DNA of 64,000 nt from Planctomycetaceae bacterium UBA7805 (GCA_002480485.1 DLCF01000131.1:10380-74379); one strand, 5' to 3'. Positions 18,726 to 29,407 are shown, counted from the first letter of the stretch. The notes: a model not told the origin generated them from the letters alone. A program made the numbers and translations.

Positions 18726-18980
18726 AGCAATCCATTGTATACTACCCCGGTTCCCGGACACTTCGAATGACCGGTTAAGGGTGTAAATGAATGATAAAAA
18801 TCCGGATTTTGCGTGCCGGTTCGCAAAAACTGTTACGATTAAATAGACGTGGACACCGCTCAAGATCCGGCTGAGTCATCGGCGTCCTGCAGTACCCTCG
18901 GCGAATGAGGGTGTGAACACATCTGCTGGCATAATCGATCCGCCCGAACCGCTTGCTTAGGAATTGCCACTTAACGCGGT

Positions 18981-20267
18981 TTAAGGTCGTGGTTTGATCA
19001 CTTCGTGTCCGACATAGTTCTGGAGTGCATCTGGTACGCGAACACTTCCGTCGGACTGCTGATAGTTTTCTAAAATTGCAATCAAAGCTCGACTGATTGC
19101 AATCGCCGTGCCATTGAGGGTGTGCACGAAGTGTGTCCCCTTCTCGCCCCTGTTTTTGAAACGTATACCAAGTCGACGGGCTTGGTAGTCTGTGCAGTTT
19201 GAAGTGCTAGTCACCTCGCCAAACGCGCCCGCTTCTCCCCGACCCGGCATCCAAGCTTCAAGATCAAATTTCCGGTAAGCGGGACCTCCGAGGTCGCCTG
19301 TTGCCGTATCAACAACGCGGAAGGGGATTCCGAGAGTGTCAAAGATTTCGCACTCTATATCGCAGAATTCACCAAGTGTTTTTTCGCTGTCTTCTGGATG
19401 CGTGAAGGCAAACATTTCTACCTTCGTGAACTGATGGACTCGGTAAAGGCCACGGGATGCGCGACCTGCAGCGCCAGCCTCCGTACGATAACAATGGCTT
19501 AATCCGCACATACGGATCGGCAGCTGCTCCCGTTCCAAAATGGTATCCGAATACATGCCGCCCAGAGTAATCTCAGCTGTTGCAATGAGATTCAAGTCGC
19601 TATCTGCAATGCTGTAAATTTGTGTCTCTGGACCCCGTGGAATGAATCCGACCCCCTGAAGAATTTCTGTTCTCGCCAAATCGGGAGTAATAATCGGGGT
19701 GAAGTTGCGTTCGATCAGCATCCGCATCACGAACTGCTGCAGGGCCAACTCAAGGAGCACTGCTTCATTCTTCAGATAATAGAATCCGTGGCCTGCAACC
19801 TTACCGCCTGCATCAAAATCAAAAAGGTCCAATGCATCGCCCAGTTCCACATGATCCTTGGGGTCAAAATTAAAGGAGGGCACGGGGGTCTTACCCTGCT
19901 TCAGCTCAAGATTAGCCGCATCATCTGCCCCCACCGGTGCATTGGGATGGGAAAGATTGGGGACCCTGGACTGAATTTTACGAATCTGTGCCTCGAGTGC
20001 CTCGACTTCGGCATGCAGGCCATCTTTCTTAGCCCGAAGTTGGCGACCTTCTTCTTTGCGTAACTCTCGCTCGGGTTCGTTGGCTGCTTTTCCGATCGCT
20101 TTACTGGCAGCATTGGCCTGACGATTCGCTTCCTCTGCCTCGGTCTGAAGGCTCCGTCGTTGGTGTTCGAGATCGGCGAGTTTCCGTACATCGACCACAA
20201 CGCCACGATCGCGACAGTTGTTTTCAACGAGTTCAATGTTTTCAAGAATAAATCTTCGATCGAGCAT
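18981..20267 (-). CDS. serS: Serine--tRNA ligase
   Basis: MLD start, N-terminal coiled coil, LIATAE, GLYRVHQFTKVEMF, SNCTDYQARRL, HTLNGT. Confidence 0.98.
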   Translation of the reverse strand: MLDRRFILENIELVENNCRDRGVVVDVRKLADLEHQRRSLQTEAEEANRQANAASKAIGKAANEPERELRKEEGRQLRAKKDGLHAEVEALEAQIRKIQSRVPNLSHPNAPVGADDAANLELKQGKTPVPSFNFDPKDHVELGDALDLFDFDAGGKVAGHGFYYLKNEAVLLELALQQFVMRMLIERNFTPIITPDLARTEILQGVGFIPRGPETQIYSIADSDLNLIATAEITLGGMYSDTILEREQLPIRMCGLSHCYRTEAGAAGRASRGLYRVHQFTKVEMFAFTHPEDSEKTLGEFCDIECEIFDTLGIPFRVVDTATGDLGGPAYRKFDLEAWMPGRGEAGAFGEVTSTSNCTDYQARRLGIRFKNRGEKGTHFVHTLNGTAIAISRALIAILENYQQSDGSVRVPDALQNYVGHEVIKPRP

Positions 20268-20291
20268 GGGAAATTATCATTGGTTGCAAAT

Positions 20292-21668
20292 TTATACGAT
20301 TCCTGCAATTTCTGCCCAAAGGCATGCGCTGGTTCGGACTCCGCGATGAAAGTCCGCAAGATTAAATTTCTCATTGGGACTGTGCATGTTGTCATCATTC
20401 TGCCCCCAACCGAGAAGCAAGGATTCCACCCCGAGTTTATCAGCAAAGGTCGATACAATCGGAATCGATCCCCCCTCGCGAATATAAACGGGGGCTGTTC
20501 CAAAGCCATGTTCGATCGCTCGGGCTGACGCCTCGATGTAAGGACTATCAAGGGGAACCACAACGCCCGGTGCTCCGTGAAAGTCGATCAATTCCATGCG
20601 GATGCCCGGCGGAACGATTGATTCGAAAAAAGTTTTCAGGTTTCTGGAAATCTGCTCGGGATCCTGATTCGGAACAAGACGAAAACTGAATTTGGCGACT
20701 GCCTTCGCGGGCAGGACGGTTTTAGCGCCCTCCCCCTGATATCCACTCCAGATGCCGTTGATATCAAAGCTTGGTCGGGCACATCGTCGTTCAAGTGTCG
20801 AAAAACCAGACTCGCCGGTGGTGCCAGTGACCCCCACCAAATCCTGGAAACGTTGCTCATTGGAGAGCGCTTGAAATCCTTCGCGTTCTCGAGTCGTAAG
20901 CGGCACAACGCTTTCGTAAAAATCGGGAACCTGAATTTTTCCTTCGCCGTCAATCAGTTTTGCAAGCATGCTCGTGAGGGCGTTCGCGGGATTGGTGACC
21001 GCGCCTCCGAACGTCCCGGAGTGTAGGTCTTGAGAAGGCCCGAACAAGCGGAGTTCGTAATATGCGATGCCACGCAATCCGTAGGTTATCGCGGGTTGTC
21101 CGGGGCCATGCTGACTTGTATCGCTGATAACGACACAATCACAGGCGATTTTTTCTGGATGCTCCGCGATGTATTTGTCTAAGTTTTCACTACCGACCTC
21201 TTCTTCTCCCTCAACAAGGAAAATCAGGTTCAGCGGTAGTTTGCCACACGTTTTGATCCATGCCTCCGCACTCTTGATGTGAGTTAGCATCTGCCCTTTG
21301 TCATCCGTGGCACCCCGAGCATAAACGTTACCATCTCTTACCGAGGGTTCGAACGGGGGAGAAGTCCATTCGTCGAGTGGATCTGGGGGTTGGACATCAT
21401 AATGTCCGTAAACCATCACCGTTGGACTATTTTCTTGGTAGGCTGAACGGGCAAGCACAATCGGATGCCCTGCCGTCTCGATCTTCTCGGTCGCAAAGCC
21501 TAGCTCTGTAAATTGGTCGGCTACCCATTGGGCCGCCGCTTCCGTATCGGCATCACAACTGCTGTCGGCGCTGACACTCGGTATTTTTAATAGCTCGAAA
21601 AGATCGGATTCGAATTCGGATCGATGGGCTTTAATGTATTGGTCAACTTCGGCTGGCATTTTGCCCAT
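20292..21668 (-). CDS. M20 family dipeptidase (CNDP/Dug1-like)
   Basis: Motifs YGHYDVQP, ARGATDDKGQ, EGEEE, DLHSG, GGSIP and HSPNEK. Confidence 0.93.
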   Translation of the reverse strand: MGKMPAEVDQYIKAHRSEFESDLFELLKIPSVSADSSCDADTEAAAQWVADQFTELGFATEKIETAGHPIVLARSAYQENSPTVMVYGHYDVQPPDPLDEWTSPPFEPSVRDGNVYARGATDDKGQMLTHIKSAEAWIKTCGKLPLNLIFLVEGEEEVGSENLDKYIAEHPEKIACDCVVISDTSQHGPGQPAITYGLRGIAYYELRLFGPSQDLHSGTFGGAVTNPANALTSMLAKLIDGEGKIQVPDFYESVVPLTTREREGFQALSNEQRFQDLVGVTGTTGESGFSTLERRCARPSFDINGIWSGYQGEGAKTVLPAKAVAKFSFRLVPNQDPEQISRNLKTFFESIVPPGIRMELIDFHGAPGVVVPLDSPYIEASARAIEHGFGTAPVYIREGGSIPIVSTFADKLGVESLLLGWGQNDDNMHSPNEKFNLADFHRGVRTSACLWAEIAGIV

Positions 21669-21800
21669 GCTAGGTCCAATTTTTCTTCCGGTTTCGGGGA
21701 CGCCTGATTTTACAGCGTAAAGAGTAACGAATATAATCTTAGGAGGTCGTCCCGACTATTCCCATCCCCTGACAGCCTACCGCCAACAAGAGGCTTGTAG

Positions 21801-22139
21801 ATGGACGAAATCTGCTCAACGCTTGTGCGACCTGCGAAACAACAAAAGGGCCAAAAACCTGCCCGTAAACGTCAGCCTCGATATCATGTGCTGCTTTGGA
21901 ACGATGAATTCCACACTTACGAATACGTAATTGCCATGCTTAAACAGATTTTTGGCCATCCCAAAGAAAGAGGTCTTCAATTGGCAGAGGAAGTTGACCG
22001 CGAGGGGCGGGCAATCCTCTTGACGACAACTCTAGAGCATGCGGAGTTAAAACGAGATCAAGTTCACGCGTTTGGAAAAGATCCGTACATCAAGAATTGC
22101 AGAGGATCTATGTCTGCTTCAATCGAGCCCGAATCTTGA
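21801..22139 (+). CDS. clpS: ATP-dependent Clp protease adaptor ClpS
   Basis: PRYHVLLWNDEFHTYEYVI...EVDREGRA...ASIEP. Confidence 0.9.
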   Translation: MDEICSTLVRPAKQQKGQKPARKRQPRYHVLLWNDEFHTYEYVIAMLKQIFGHPKERGLQLAEEVDREGRAILLTTTLEHAELKRDQVHAFGKDPYIKNCRGSMSASIEPES

Positions 22140-22168
22140 AATTTAATGACTGAAAACGGAAGACACAT

Positions 22169-23479
22169 ATGGAACATCCTGGGATTCGCACTGTAACACT
22201 CGGTTGTAAGGTGAATCAGTATGAAACGGAATATGTGCGAGAGGGGTTACTGAGCGCGGGATACGTCGATGCGGATCAGGACCAACCGGCTGATCTATGT
22301 ATCGTTAACACTTGTACGGTCACTCATAGTGGCGATGCAAAAAGTCGACAGACAATCCGTCAGCTTGCGCGAAAAAATCCGGATGCACGCATTATCGTGA
22401 TGGGATGTTATGCGACTCGGGCACCTGAAGAGGTATCCCAGTTGCCAGGTGTTGTGGAGGTTGTAACCGATAAGCGCGAGTTACCGGATCTGCTGGGACG
22501 ACACGGTGTTATCGACATTCCGACCGGAGTTTCCGGACTTTCAGATCGGCATCGGGCATATTTAAAGGTGCAGGACGGATGTCTTCTTCGCTGCAGTTTC
22601 TGCATTATTCCCAAGGTGCGACCCCAAATGTACAGTCGACCGCTAGCAGAAATTATCGCGGAGGCAAAGCGACTAATCGATCGTGGTTTTCGCGAGCTTG
22701 TGCTTACTGGCATTCACCTTGGGCATTATGGGGTCGATTTCAATCAAGGAAAGCCGAAGCAGCAATGGATAAGGTTATCGCACCTGCTCCGATCCTTGGC
22801 CGAGTTAGCGGGCGATTTCAGGATCCGGATTTCCAGCATTGAAGCGACCGAGGTAACGCACGAACTGATCGATGTGCTTGCGCAATTCCCAGACAAAGTC
22901 TGCCCTCACTTGCACGTTTCAATGCAAAGCGGAAGTGACGGGGTGCTTAGGCGGATGCGAAGACGGTGGGGAAGTTCACGATTTGTCGACCGTTGTCGGC
23001 TGGTGCAGCAGACGTTGGATTTGCCTGCGCTGACGACTGATATTATTGTTGGATTTCCAGGAGAGACCGACAGCGAATTTATGGAGACTTGCAACGTTGT
23101 TCGGGAAATCGGATTTTCAAAGATTCATATTTTCCCGTTCAGCGCTCGTAGAGGGACTGTGGCCGCGAAGATGCCGGATCAGATTCCTCCGCATGAGAAG
23201 CAGCTTCGAAGTCGTCATTTGGCAGAGGTGGAACAGGAAACCAGGGCGGAATATTACTCCTGCCTGCAAGGGAAAAAACTTCAAGTGTTGTTTGAATCGG
23301 TGTCAAAGGATCAGAATCATCTAGCCGGCACATCGTGCCGTTATGCCCCAGTTGAGGTTGCTGTCGATCCAGCAGACTCCGCTCACGACGCGCTAGGCAC
23401 ACTCTGCACGGTGAGTGCGGATAAGGTGGCCAATAATCGGATTGTGGCATCACGGGATCTTCAGGTCGCCCGGCTTTGA
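22169..23479 (+). CDS. mtaB: tRNA t6A37 methylthiotransferase MtaB
   Basis: Motifs TLGCKVNQYE, NTCTVT, GCYA, KVQDGCLLRCSFC, LTGIHLG and KIHIFPFSAR. Confidence 0.93.
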   Translation: MEHPGIRTVTLGCKVNQYETEYVREGLLSAGYVDADQDQPADLCIVNTCTVTHSGDAKSRQTIRQLARKNPDARIIVMGCYATRAPEEVSQLPGVVEVVTDKRELPDLLGRHGVIDIPTGVSGLSDRHRAYLKVQDGCLLRCSFCIIPKVRPQMYSRPLAEIIAEAKRLIDRGFRELVLTGIHLGHYGVDFNQGKPKQQWIRLSHLLRSLAELAGDFRIRISSIEATEVTHELIDVLAQFPDKVCPHLHVSMQSGSDGVLRRMRRRWGSSRFVDRCRLVQQTLDLPALTTDIIVGFPGETDSEFMETCNVVREIGFSKIHIFPFSARRGTVAAKMPDQIPPHEKQLRSRHLAEVEQETRAEYYSCLQGKKLQVLFESVSKDQNHLAGTSCRYAPVEVAVDPADSAHDALGTLCTVSADKVANNRIVASRDLQVARL

Positions 23480-23868
23480 TCTGACACAACCTAGCTGCAG
23501 GTTACGCTGGCATTGATGGTGTTGCTTCGTCGAGTAGAAACGGGCCTCCTCTAGGAAGGCAAATGATTACGTTCTCAAAACTCATACAATCCAGGATCGC
23601 GATCGTAGAATTGATTACCAAAACATATCGTGCGGCATGATGTTATTGCCTGCATTGCAGTCAATGAGTCTGAGGATTAGAGAATTTGTAATTCCCCATT
23701 ACGTGCAGATGGTGAAAAGACCGATACCATAACCAGGCGCGTGGTTAATGCGTTGGAAGTTTTACGGGACCGTTTCCTGCCGCAGCCGGTGGTCAATTCC
23801 GGTCGGCAAATGTCCCGTGCACGCGTGCCTGATGAGCGAACCGTGATCCCTCATGCGTCAACCTGCCC

Positions 23869-25254
23869 ATGTTTGCTATAGCCGCTCTTGGATTTCTGGT
23901 CCTTGCCACACTCAGCATCACGGCAAGTTTTCTTCTTACCTGTCATGCGTGGGAACATCGACGTTTTACGCGTGGCGGTTTCGCTATCGATCGACAAGCG
24001 CGATTTGTCGGTCGAGTCGGAGTCATTGTGCCCTGTAAGGATATAGATCTCAAGCTGAAAGAAAATTTACGTTGCCTGTTTGATCAGACCTACGATAACT
24101 ACGAGATCTACTTTGTGGTTGAGCGAGTGCAGGATCCTGCCTGGCATATAATCCGAAAATTAATCGATTCAGAGAACCATGTCACAGCCCACTTAATTGT
24201 TGCGGGGCAATCATTCGAGCAGGGCCAGAAGATTCACAATTTACTTTGCGGCTACAGGTCGCTGGCACCGGATATACAGACCATCGTTTTTGCGGATTGT
24301 GACGTGGCACCCGATCGCGACTGGATCTCTCGTCTCACGGCCCCCCTTCAGTTGGTGAATGTACACGCTGTCAGTAGCTATCGATGGTTTTCTCCGCAAA
24401 CAAACAGTTTTGCAAATTTCTTGCTATCGAGCATTAACTTTTCGGCCATGGGACTAATCTGCTCACGTCGTGCTCCCGTAATTTGGGGAGGTAGTTGGGC
24501 AATTTCACGGACCGTATTTCGCGGAGCGGAGATTCCCCTGCGATGGGAGGGTTTACTCTCAGATGATTTGTATGCAACGGCACGTATCAATCAGCTGCGA
24601 CTAAACACCTATTTTCAGCCACGCTGCATTGTAAGGTCCCCGATTGATTATTCTTTTTCCAATATGTGGGAATTTTTGCGCAGGCAATGTTTTATGGGGC
24701 GCCGTTACCTACCGCAACGATGGATCGCAGGTTTGGCCTACACATCGTTGAGTATGGCCGCATTCTGGGGAGGTTTATTAGGGGGGACGTCTTTAGCGAT
24801 TGCTGGTCGCCCTCAGGAAGGTTTTGCGGGAATTGCCGTGGCGGCCATGCTGTGGGCCTTAAACGTTATTCGGGCCCGCTTGCAACACCAAGCGGCAAAG
24901 CTTTACATGCAGAATGAGTACAAAAATCAGCAGTTGGCCCGATGGTTTGATTTTTGCTGCTACCCACTGTCGCTTACGACCCTCTGGTGGGCTCTTCTAA
25001 GCGTTGCGTTTACCCGCTGCATAAGCTGGCGAGGTATCGTCTATCATCTTGATCGCTCAGGCACCGTGCTTCGCGTCGAGCGGGATAACGTTCCCCGAAA
25101 TGTAGAGGGACCGATGCTGAATTCCTCGTCTTCCAATCCGTCACCGAGCATCGTGCCAGAACCGGAGATTCCGCAGCTCAAGCTGCACATAGAGGAAGTG
25201 CAAGATAACGAACCTGATGTACTTATTACTCCGAGCAAGCGGCGGGCCGCATAG
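23869..25254 (+). CDS. GT-A glycosyltransferase, ceramide-glucosyltransferase/HpnI-like (GT21/GT2)
   Basis: N-terminal TM; VIVPCK, QKIHNL, FADCD, WGGSWA, SDD and FLRRQ; C-terminal TMs followed by ISWRGIVY. Confidence 0.82.
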   Translation: MFAIAALGFLVLATLSITASFLLTCHAWEHRRFTRGGFAIDRQARFVGRVGVIVPCKDIDLKLKENLRCLFDQTYDNYEIYFVVERVQDPAWHIIRKLIDSENHVTAHLIVAGQSFEQGQKIHNLLCGYRSLAPDIQTIVFADCDVAPDRDWISRLTAPLQLVNVHAVSSYRWFSPQTNSFANFLLSSINFSAMGLICSRRAPVIWGGSWAISRTVFRGAEIPLRWEGLLSDDLYATARINQLRLNTYFQPRCIVRSPIDYSFSNMWEFLRRQCFMGRRYLPQRWIAGLAYTSLSMAAFWGGLLGGTSLAIAGRPQEGFAGIAVAAMLWALNVIRARLQHQAAKLYMQNEYKNQQLARWFDFCCYPLSLTTLWWALLSVAFTRCISWRGIVYHLDRSGTVLRVERDNVPRNVEGPMLNSSSSNPSPSIVPEPEIPQLKLHIEEVQDNEPDVLITPSKRRAA

Positions 25255-25423
25255 CTGTGAAGGCAGTGCTGGCAATTCGCAATCGGTTTTCGATAAAAGG
25301 CAACCGCACATCCCGATTCCTTTGACTTTCTGTCAAAGTTTACCGATTAGGTAAAACAGTGCTTGTGCTTTTTAGAAAAGCGACGCAACCGCCAGATCAA
25401 TTATTTATGATGAGGTTTGCAAG

Positions 25424-26803
25424 ATGCGGGTCGTACTTTGGGACACCAATCACAATTCGGTGCAAAAGGATTACGCTGGCGGCATGGGCACCGGGCTTTA
25501 TCGCGGGCGGCGGGATGTGCGTGATTGGCTTATTTCGCAGGGTTATCGTCGGGATCGCCGACCGGTCGCCCTAAATTTTTCCTATCTTGCTGGCGTGTTT
25601 CGGCGGTTGGGACACTCTGTTCAGTACGTTTGTAATCGCTTCCCCCCCGACGCTGATCTTTACGTCTTCAATCCGGCCCTGATGAGTCTTGGTGCCGAGC
25701 ATCAGATGATGCAAAAGTTATTAGCCGCTCGACCCCAAGCACAGATTTTCGTCACGGGCCCGATCGCCTACGCGTTGCCCGAGGCCTTCGCTGATCTCCC
25801 GGTCAAGGTGGTTCGAGGCGAGGCAGAGATGCTGCTCTGGAAGTTGGACGAGGTACTCTCGCACGACGAGCAGGTTGTGCCAGTTGGTTCCGTCAAAGAT
25901 TTGGATACGCTGCCCCTGCCGGATTGGTCTCTATTCAATTATCGAAAGTTCCGCATTCAATATGATTTCTGGAGGTTTCCGACCGCGCTGGTGCAGTTGA
26001 GTCGCGGCTGCACCTTCACCTGTAATTATTGTCCGTACATCATGGTTGAAAACCACACGCGATTTAGAGATCCCGAATGCGTTGCCGAAGAAATCCGTCA
26101 CGGCGCGACGCATTATGGGTTCCGCTCATTTAAATTCCGCGATCCACTCTTTGGACTGGATCGGAGACGAGTGTTCTCACTGATTGAAAAAATCGGCATG
26201 CTTCCCTTTAAAATCCAGTTCTCAATCGAAAGTCGGATCGATCTAATGCGGCGTGAAACGCTTGCCGCTTTGCAGGAGGTCGGCCTGACAAGCATCACTG
26301 TGGGTATCGAAACACCATCTGAAAAGACGTTACGGCGTTACAAGCGAGCGCCGATCAAAGATGATCGGCAACGCGACTTTGTTCGTATGTGTCGGAACAT
26401 GGGGATTCGGACCGTTGCCGGATTCATGGTCGGATTTCCAGAAGACACAGAGCAATCTATTCTGGATGTGCTTCGATATGCTCGCCAAGTCAATCCTACC
26501 TTCGCGAATTTCAATATTGTAACACCCTATCCAGGAACAGAATTTTTCTCCCAGGTAAAAAATGACATTGAGGACTTCGATTTTTCACACTACAGCGTTT
26601 ATGAGCCGATCCTCAAATACGAAAATCTTACTCGGCAAAAAGTATCTGAACTTCATTCGCAATGCATGCGAAAATTTTATTTTAATTCACGTTACTTCGC
26701 CGACAATGCCTTGCTTCTCTGGCCCTGGCTACGGCGGTTTGTCAAATTACGATCACACGAAACATCCGTGACCAGCGATGCACCGGTGAGTCGCGCCGCG
26801 TGA
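25424..26803 (+). CDS. B12-binding-domain radical SAM protein (HpnJ/class B-like)
   Basis: SRGCTFTCNYC (CxxxCxxC), GEAE, DLDTLPLPDW, GIET, FMVGFP and TPYPGT. Confidence 0.88.
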   Translation: MRVVLWDTNHNSVQKDYAGGMGTGLYRGRRDVRDWLISQGYRRDRRPVALNFSYLAGVFRRLGHSVQYVCNRFPPDADLYVFNPALMSLGAEHQMMQKLLAARPQAQIFVTGPIAYALPEAFADLPVKVVRGEAEMLLWKLDEVLSHDEQVVPVGSVKDLDTLPLPDWSLFNYRKFRIQYDFWRFPTALVQLSRGCTFTCNYCPYIMVENHTRFRDPECVAEEIRHGATHYGFRSFKFRDPLFGLDRRRVFSLIEKIGMLPFKIQFSIESRIDLMRRETLAALQEVGLTSITVGIETPSEKTLRRYKRAPIKDDRQRDFVRMCRNMGIRTVAGFMVGFPEDTEQSILDVLRYARQVNPTFANFNIVTPYPGTEFFSQVKNDIEDFDFSHYSVYEPILKYENLTRQKVSELHSQCMRKFYFNSRYFADNALLLWPWLRRFVKLRSHETSVTSDAPVSRAA

Positions 26804-26815
26804 GAAGTATCAAAA

Positions 26816-27556
26816 TCAAGGTCTTTGTTCCTTCTCCAGAATGCCATTGATCTTCGTGAACACGCCATCAAACATTTCTTCGGTCAGCCGACCGGTAAAC
26901 GTGTTTTGCTGACTCGGGTGATAGCTCCCGATTAGTGTTCTTTCGGATGTGAGTTGCACTATCTCCGCATGCCCGAACCGGGGACGCCGACCGCTACGCC
27001 AGCCCTCAGCCTCGGCAAATTTTAGGATTTGCCCCCAGGCGAGTCCTCCAAGCGCAAGAATGACTGTCGCGGGAATGATTGTTAGTGTTCGAGCTAGCCA
27101 GGGCCGGCATTTTTCAATTTCCGCAGTGAGCGGCTTGTTCTGAGGAGGTGCGCAGTGACAGGTGTTAGTGATCGCACAATCTGTTAACTGCAATCCGTCC
27201 TCCAGTGTCGCGGAGGTTGCTTGATTGGAAAAACCAGCTTTCGCAAGGGCACGATATAGCCAATCACCGCTGCGATCTCCTGTGAACATGCGACCTGTTC
27301 GATTTGCCCCGTGGGCACCGGGTGCCAAGCCAACAATCAATAGACGCGCCTGAAGATCACCAAAATTGGGTACTGGTTTTCCCCAATAGCTTTGATCTTT
27401 GTACGCACGACGCTTTTGAGCTGCGACTTGGCCGCAATAGGCGGTTAAACGATCGCACGCCGTACAGGTGATAATTTGCTGATTGAGTGCTTCCCAAGCC
27501 GCCTTTAATGTTGGTGAGGTGTTTTGACGGATCGAAGATTTTTTTTGCCGGTTCAT
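26816..27556 (-). CDS. Uracil-DNA glycosylase family 5 (UdgB-like)
   Basis: CTAC Fe-S cysteines, GLAPGAHGANRTGRMFTGD, CAPPQNKP and HPSQQN. Confidence 0.93.
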   Translation of the reverse strand: MNRQKKSSIRQNTSPTLKAAWEALNQQIITCTACDRLTAYCGQVAAQKRRAYKDQSYWGKPVPNFGDLQARLLIVGLAPGAHGANRTGRMFTGDRSGDWLYRALAKAGFSNQATSATLEDGLQLTDCAITNTCHCAPPQNKPLTAEIEKCRPWLARTLTIIPATVILALGGLAWGQILKFAEAEGWRSGRRPRFGHAEIVQLTSERTLIGSYHPSQQNTFTGRLTEEMFDGVFTKINGILEKEQRP

Positions 27557-27565
27557 GGTTCCTGA

Positions 27566-29407
27566 TCAGAGCAAATCGTTTAATTTATCGACCAGATTGG
27601 CAAAGCGACTGAGTGCCGCAACGATCGGTGTTCTCACCGTCATGTCGACCCCCGCATCTTTGAGTAACTCTAATGGATATTTGCTTTGGCCCGATTTGAG
27701 AAAGTTTAAATAGTCGGTCAGTTCTTTTCGGCCACCCGCTGTTACTTTTTCCGCAAGCGCAATGGCGGCTGACATGCCGGTGGCATATTTATAGACGTAA
27801 AAAGCGCGATAGAAATGCGGGATACGTAGGCACTCGAGCGACGCATGCGGATCCATTTCCAATTGGGGGCCGAGGTACTTGACCAATAGTCGACCGTAGA
27901 GGTCCTGGAGTGAGCTGAGTAGAATCGGCTCTCCTGCCTCGCACATAGCATGGATTTCACGCTCAAATTCTGCAAACATGACTTGTCGATAGATGGTGCC
28001 GCGGATGTTGTCAATTTCGCGGGCGATCAAAAGTTGCCGTTGTTTCTTGCTTCGACAGTTGGCCAGAAGGTGGCTGGAAAGCAATTGCTCGTTAAACGTG
28101 CTGGCTACCTCAGCCACAAAAATGCGGTAATTGTAATCAGAGAATGGTTGATGCTTTGAGGAATAGTAGCTGTGCATCGAGTGGCCCGCCTCATGCGCTA
28201 GCGTGAAAACATCGTTGAGCACATTTTCCTGAAAATTCATCAGGATATACGGATCGCCATCGAAGCTTCCCGCACTGAATGCACCACTCGCTTTGCCAAG
28301 ATTTGGATACCGATCGCACCAACGACCCCGCAAGCCACTGGCTAAAGTTTTGCTGTATTGTGTACCCAACGGAGCAATCGACTCGAGAACAACGTCGACC
28401 GCTTGTGACCAGTTATGCTTGAATCTGACCTCCGGCAACAGCGGAACATATTGGTCATACAAACGAAATGTCTTGAGTCGCAGCACTCTAGCGCGTAATG
28501 CGTAGTAGGCATGGAGGGCTGGCAGGTGTTCGCCAACGGTTTTTATCAAATTGTCGTATAAACTAACTGGTACCTGGTCCGGAAAGAGGGCTGCCTCCAG
28601 AGCACTGTCATAGCCACGCACCCGCGCGTTGTAAACGTTTGCTTTAATAGATCCGGCGAGCGTGGACGCCAGCGTGTGCTGATATTGAGTGAATGTCCCA
28701 TAGTATGAGTCATACGCCTTCCTACGAACGCCTCTCTTGGGCGACTCCATAAAAGATCCCAGATTTCCATGGCCGAGTTCAACCTTCTCACCCTTTTCGT
28801 TGGTGACAAGTCCAAATCGCATATCAGAATTGTGTAGTTGCTGAAACGTTTGTCCCGACGCGCTGTTCACCTCTCCCTGCATCGCTAGGATTCGTTCCTC
28901 GTGTTGTGAAAGGGTGTGTGGCTTATAACGCAGCACACGTTCCAGCGATGCTTTCCAAGGTTTCAGCGTTGGCCCTTTGAGCAGTTTTTTTATTTTCGAT
29001 TTAGGAATGGAAAGCAGTTCGGGGCGGATATAGCTGGCAAGCTCCTCTGCCTGCTGCGCGGCATTGCGAAAACGCCCGAGCATATTCTGGTAGGTGCTGT
29101 TGGTGGAGTCTTCTGCGGTTTTCAAAAACGCGTAATACTCCAAACGCTCCGCTGCCCGTTCCATACGGCTGTCAAATTCAAGGCACGCTGCGAGGATCGA
29201 ACCACCCTTTGCAAGCTTTCCCCGAAATTTTTCGTACTGGGGAATTTGTTTCTGCCAACGTTTGAACGCCTGTTCCCAAGCAGTGTCGCCAGAAAAAAGA
29301 CTGCTGAGATCCCAACAATCCTCTTGCTTAACCCTGTTTCTGGGGGGAAGTTTTTTAATTCTCGTGGAAATTTTTTTCGTTTGTTTTTTTCGCGGGCCGG
29401 TTGTCAT
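27566..29407 (-). CDS. pepF: Oligoendopeptidase F (M3B)
   Basis: Motifs WDLSSLF, GKASGAFS, TLAHEAGHSMH, FVAEVAST and IPHFYRAFYVYKYA. Confidence 0.95.
   Translation of the reverse strand: MTTGPRKKQTKKISTRIKKLPPRNRVKQEDCWDLSSLFSGDTAWEQAFKRWQKQIPQYEKFRGKLAKGGSILAACLEFDSRMERAAERLEYYAFLKTAEDSTNSTYQNMLGRFRNAAQQAEELASYIRPELLSIPKSKIKKLLKGPTLKPWKASLERVLRYKPHTLSQHEERILAMQGEVNSASGQTFQQLHNSDMRFGLVTNEKGEKVELGHGNLGSFMESPKRGVRRKAYDSYYGTFTQYQHTLASTLAGSIKANVYNARVRGYDSALEAALFPDQVPVSLYDNLIKTVGEHLPALHAYYALRARVLRLKTFRLYDQYVPLLPEVRFKHNWSQAVDVVLESIAPLGTQYSKTLASGLRGRWCDRYPNLGKASGAFSAGSFDGDPYILMNFQENVLNDVFTLAHEAGHSMHSYYSSKHQPFSDYNYRIFVAEVASTFNEQLLSSHLLANCRSKKQRQLLIAREIDNIRGTIYRQVMFAEFEREIHAMCEAGEPILLSSLQDLYGRLLVKYLGPQLEMDPHASLECLRIPHFYRAFYVYKYATGMSAAIALAEKVTAGGRKELTDYLNFLKSGQSKYPLELLKDAGVDMTVRTPIVAALSRFANLVDKLNDLL

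Noticed and set aside
19901-20563. 220-aa alternative-frame ORF across the serS/dipeptidase junction
   Set aside because: It overlaps two confident genes and has no recognisable features.
23480-23868. Possible cobalamin riboswitch ahead of the glycosyltransferase/B12 radical SAM pair
   Set aside because: No B12-box or other conserved riboswitch elements were recognisable.
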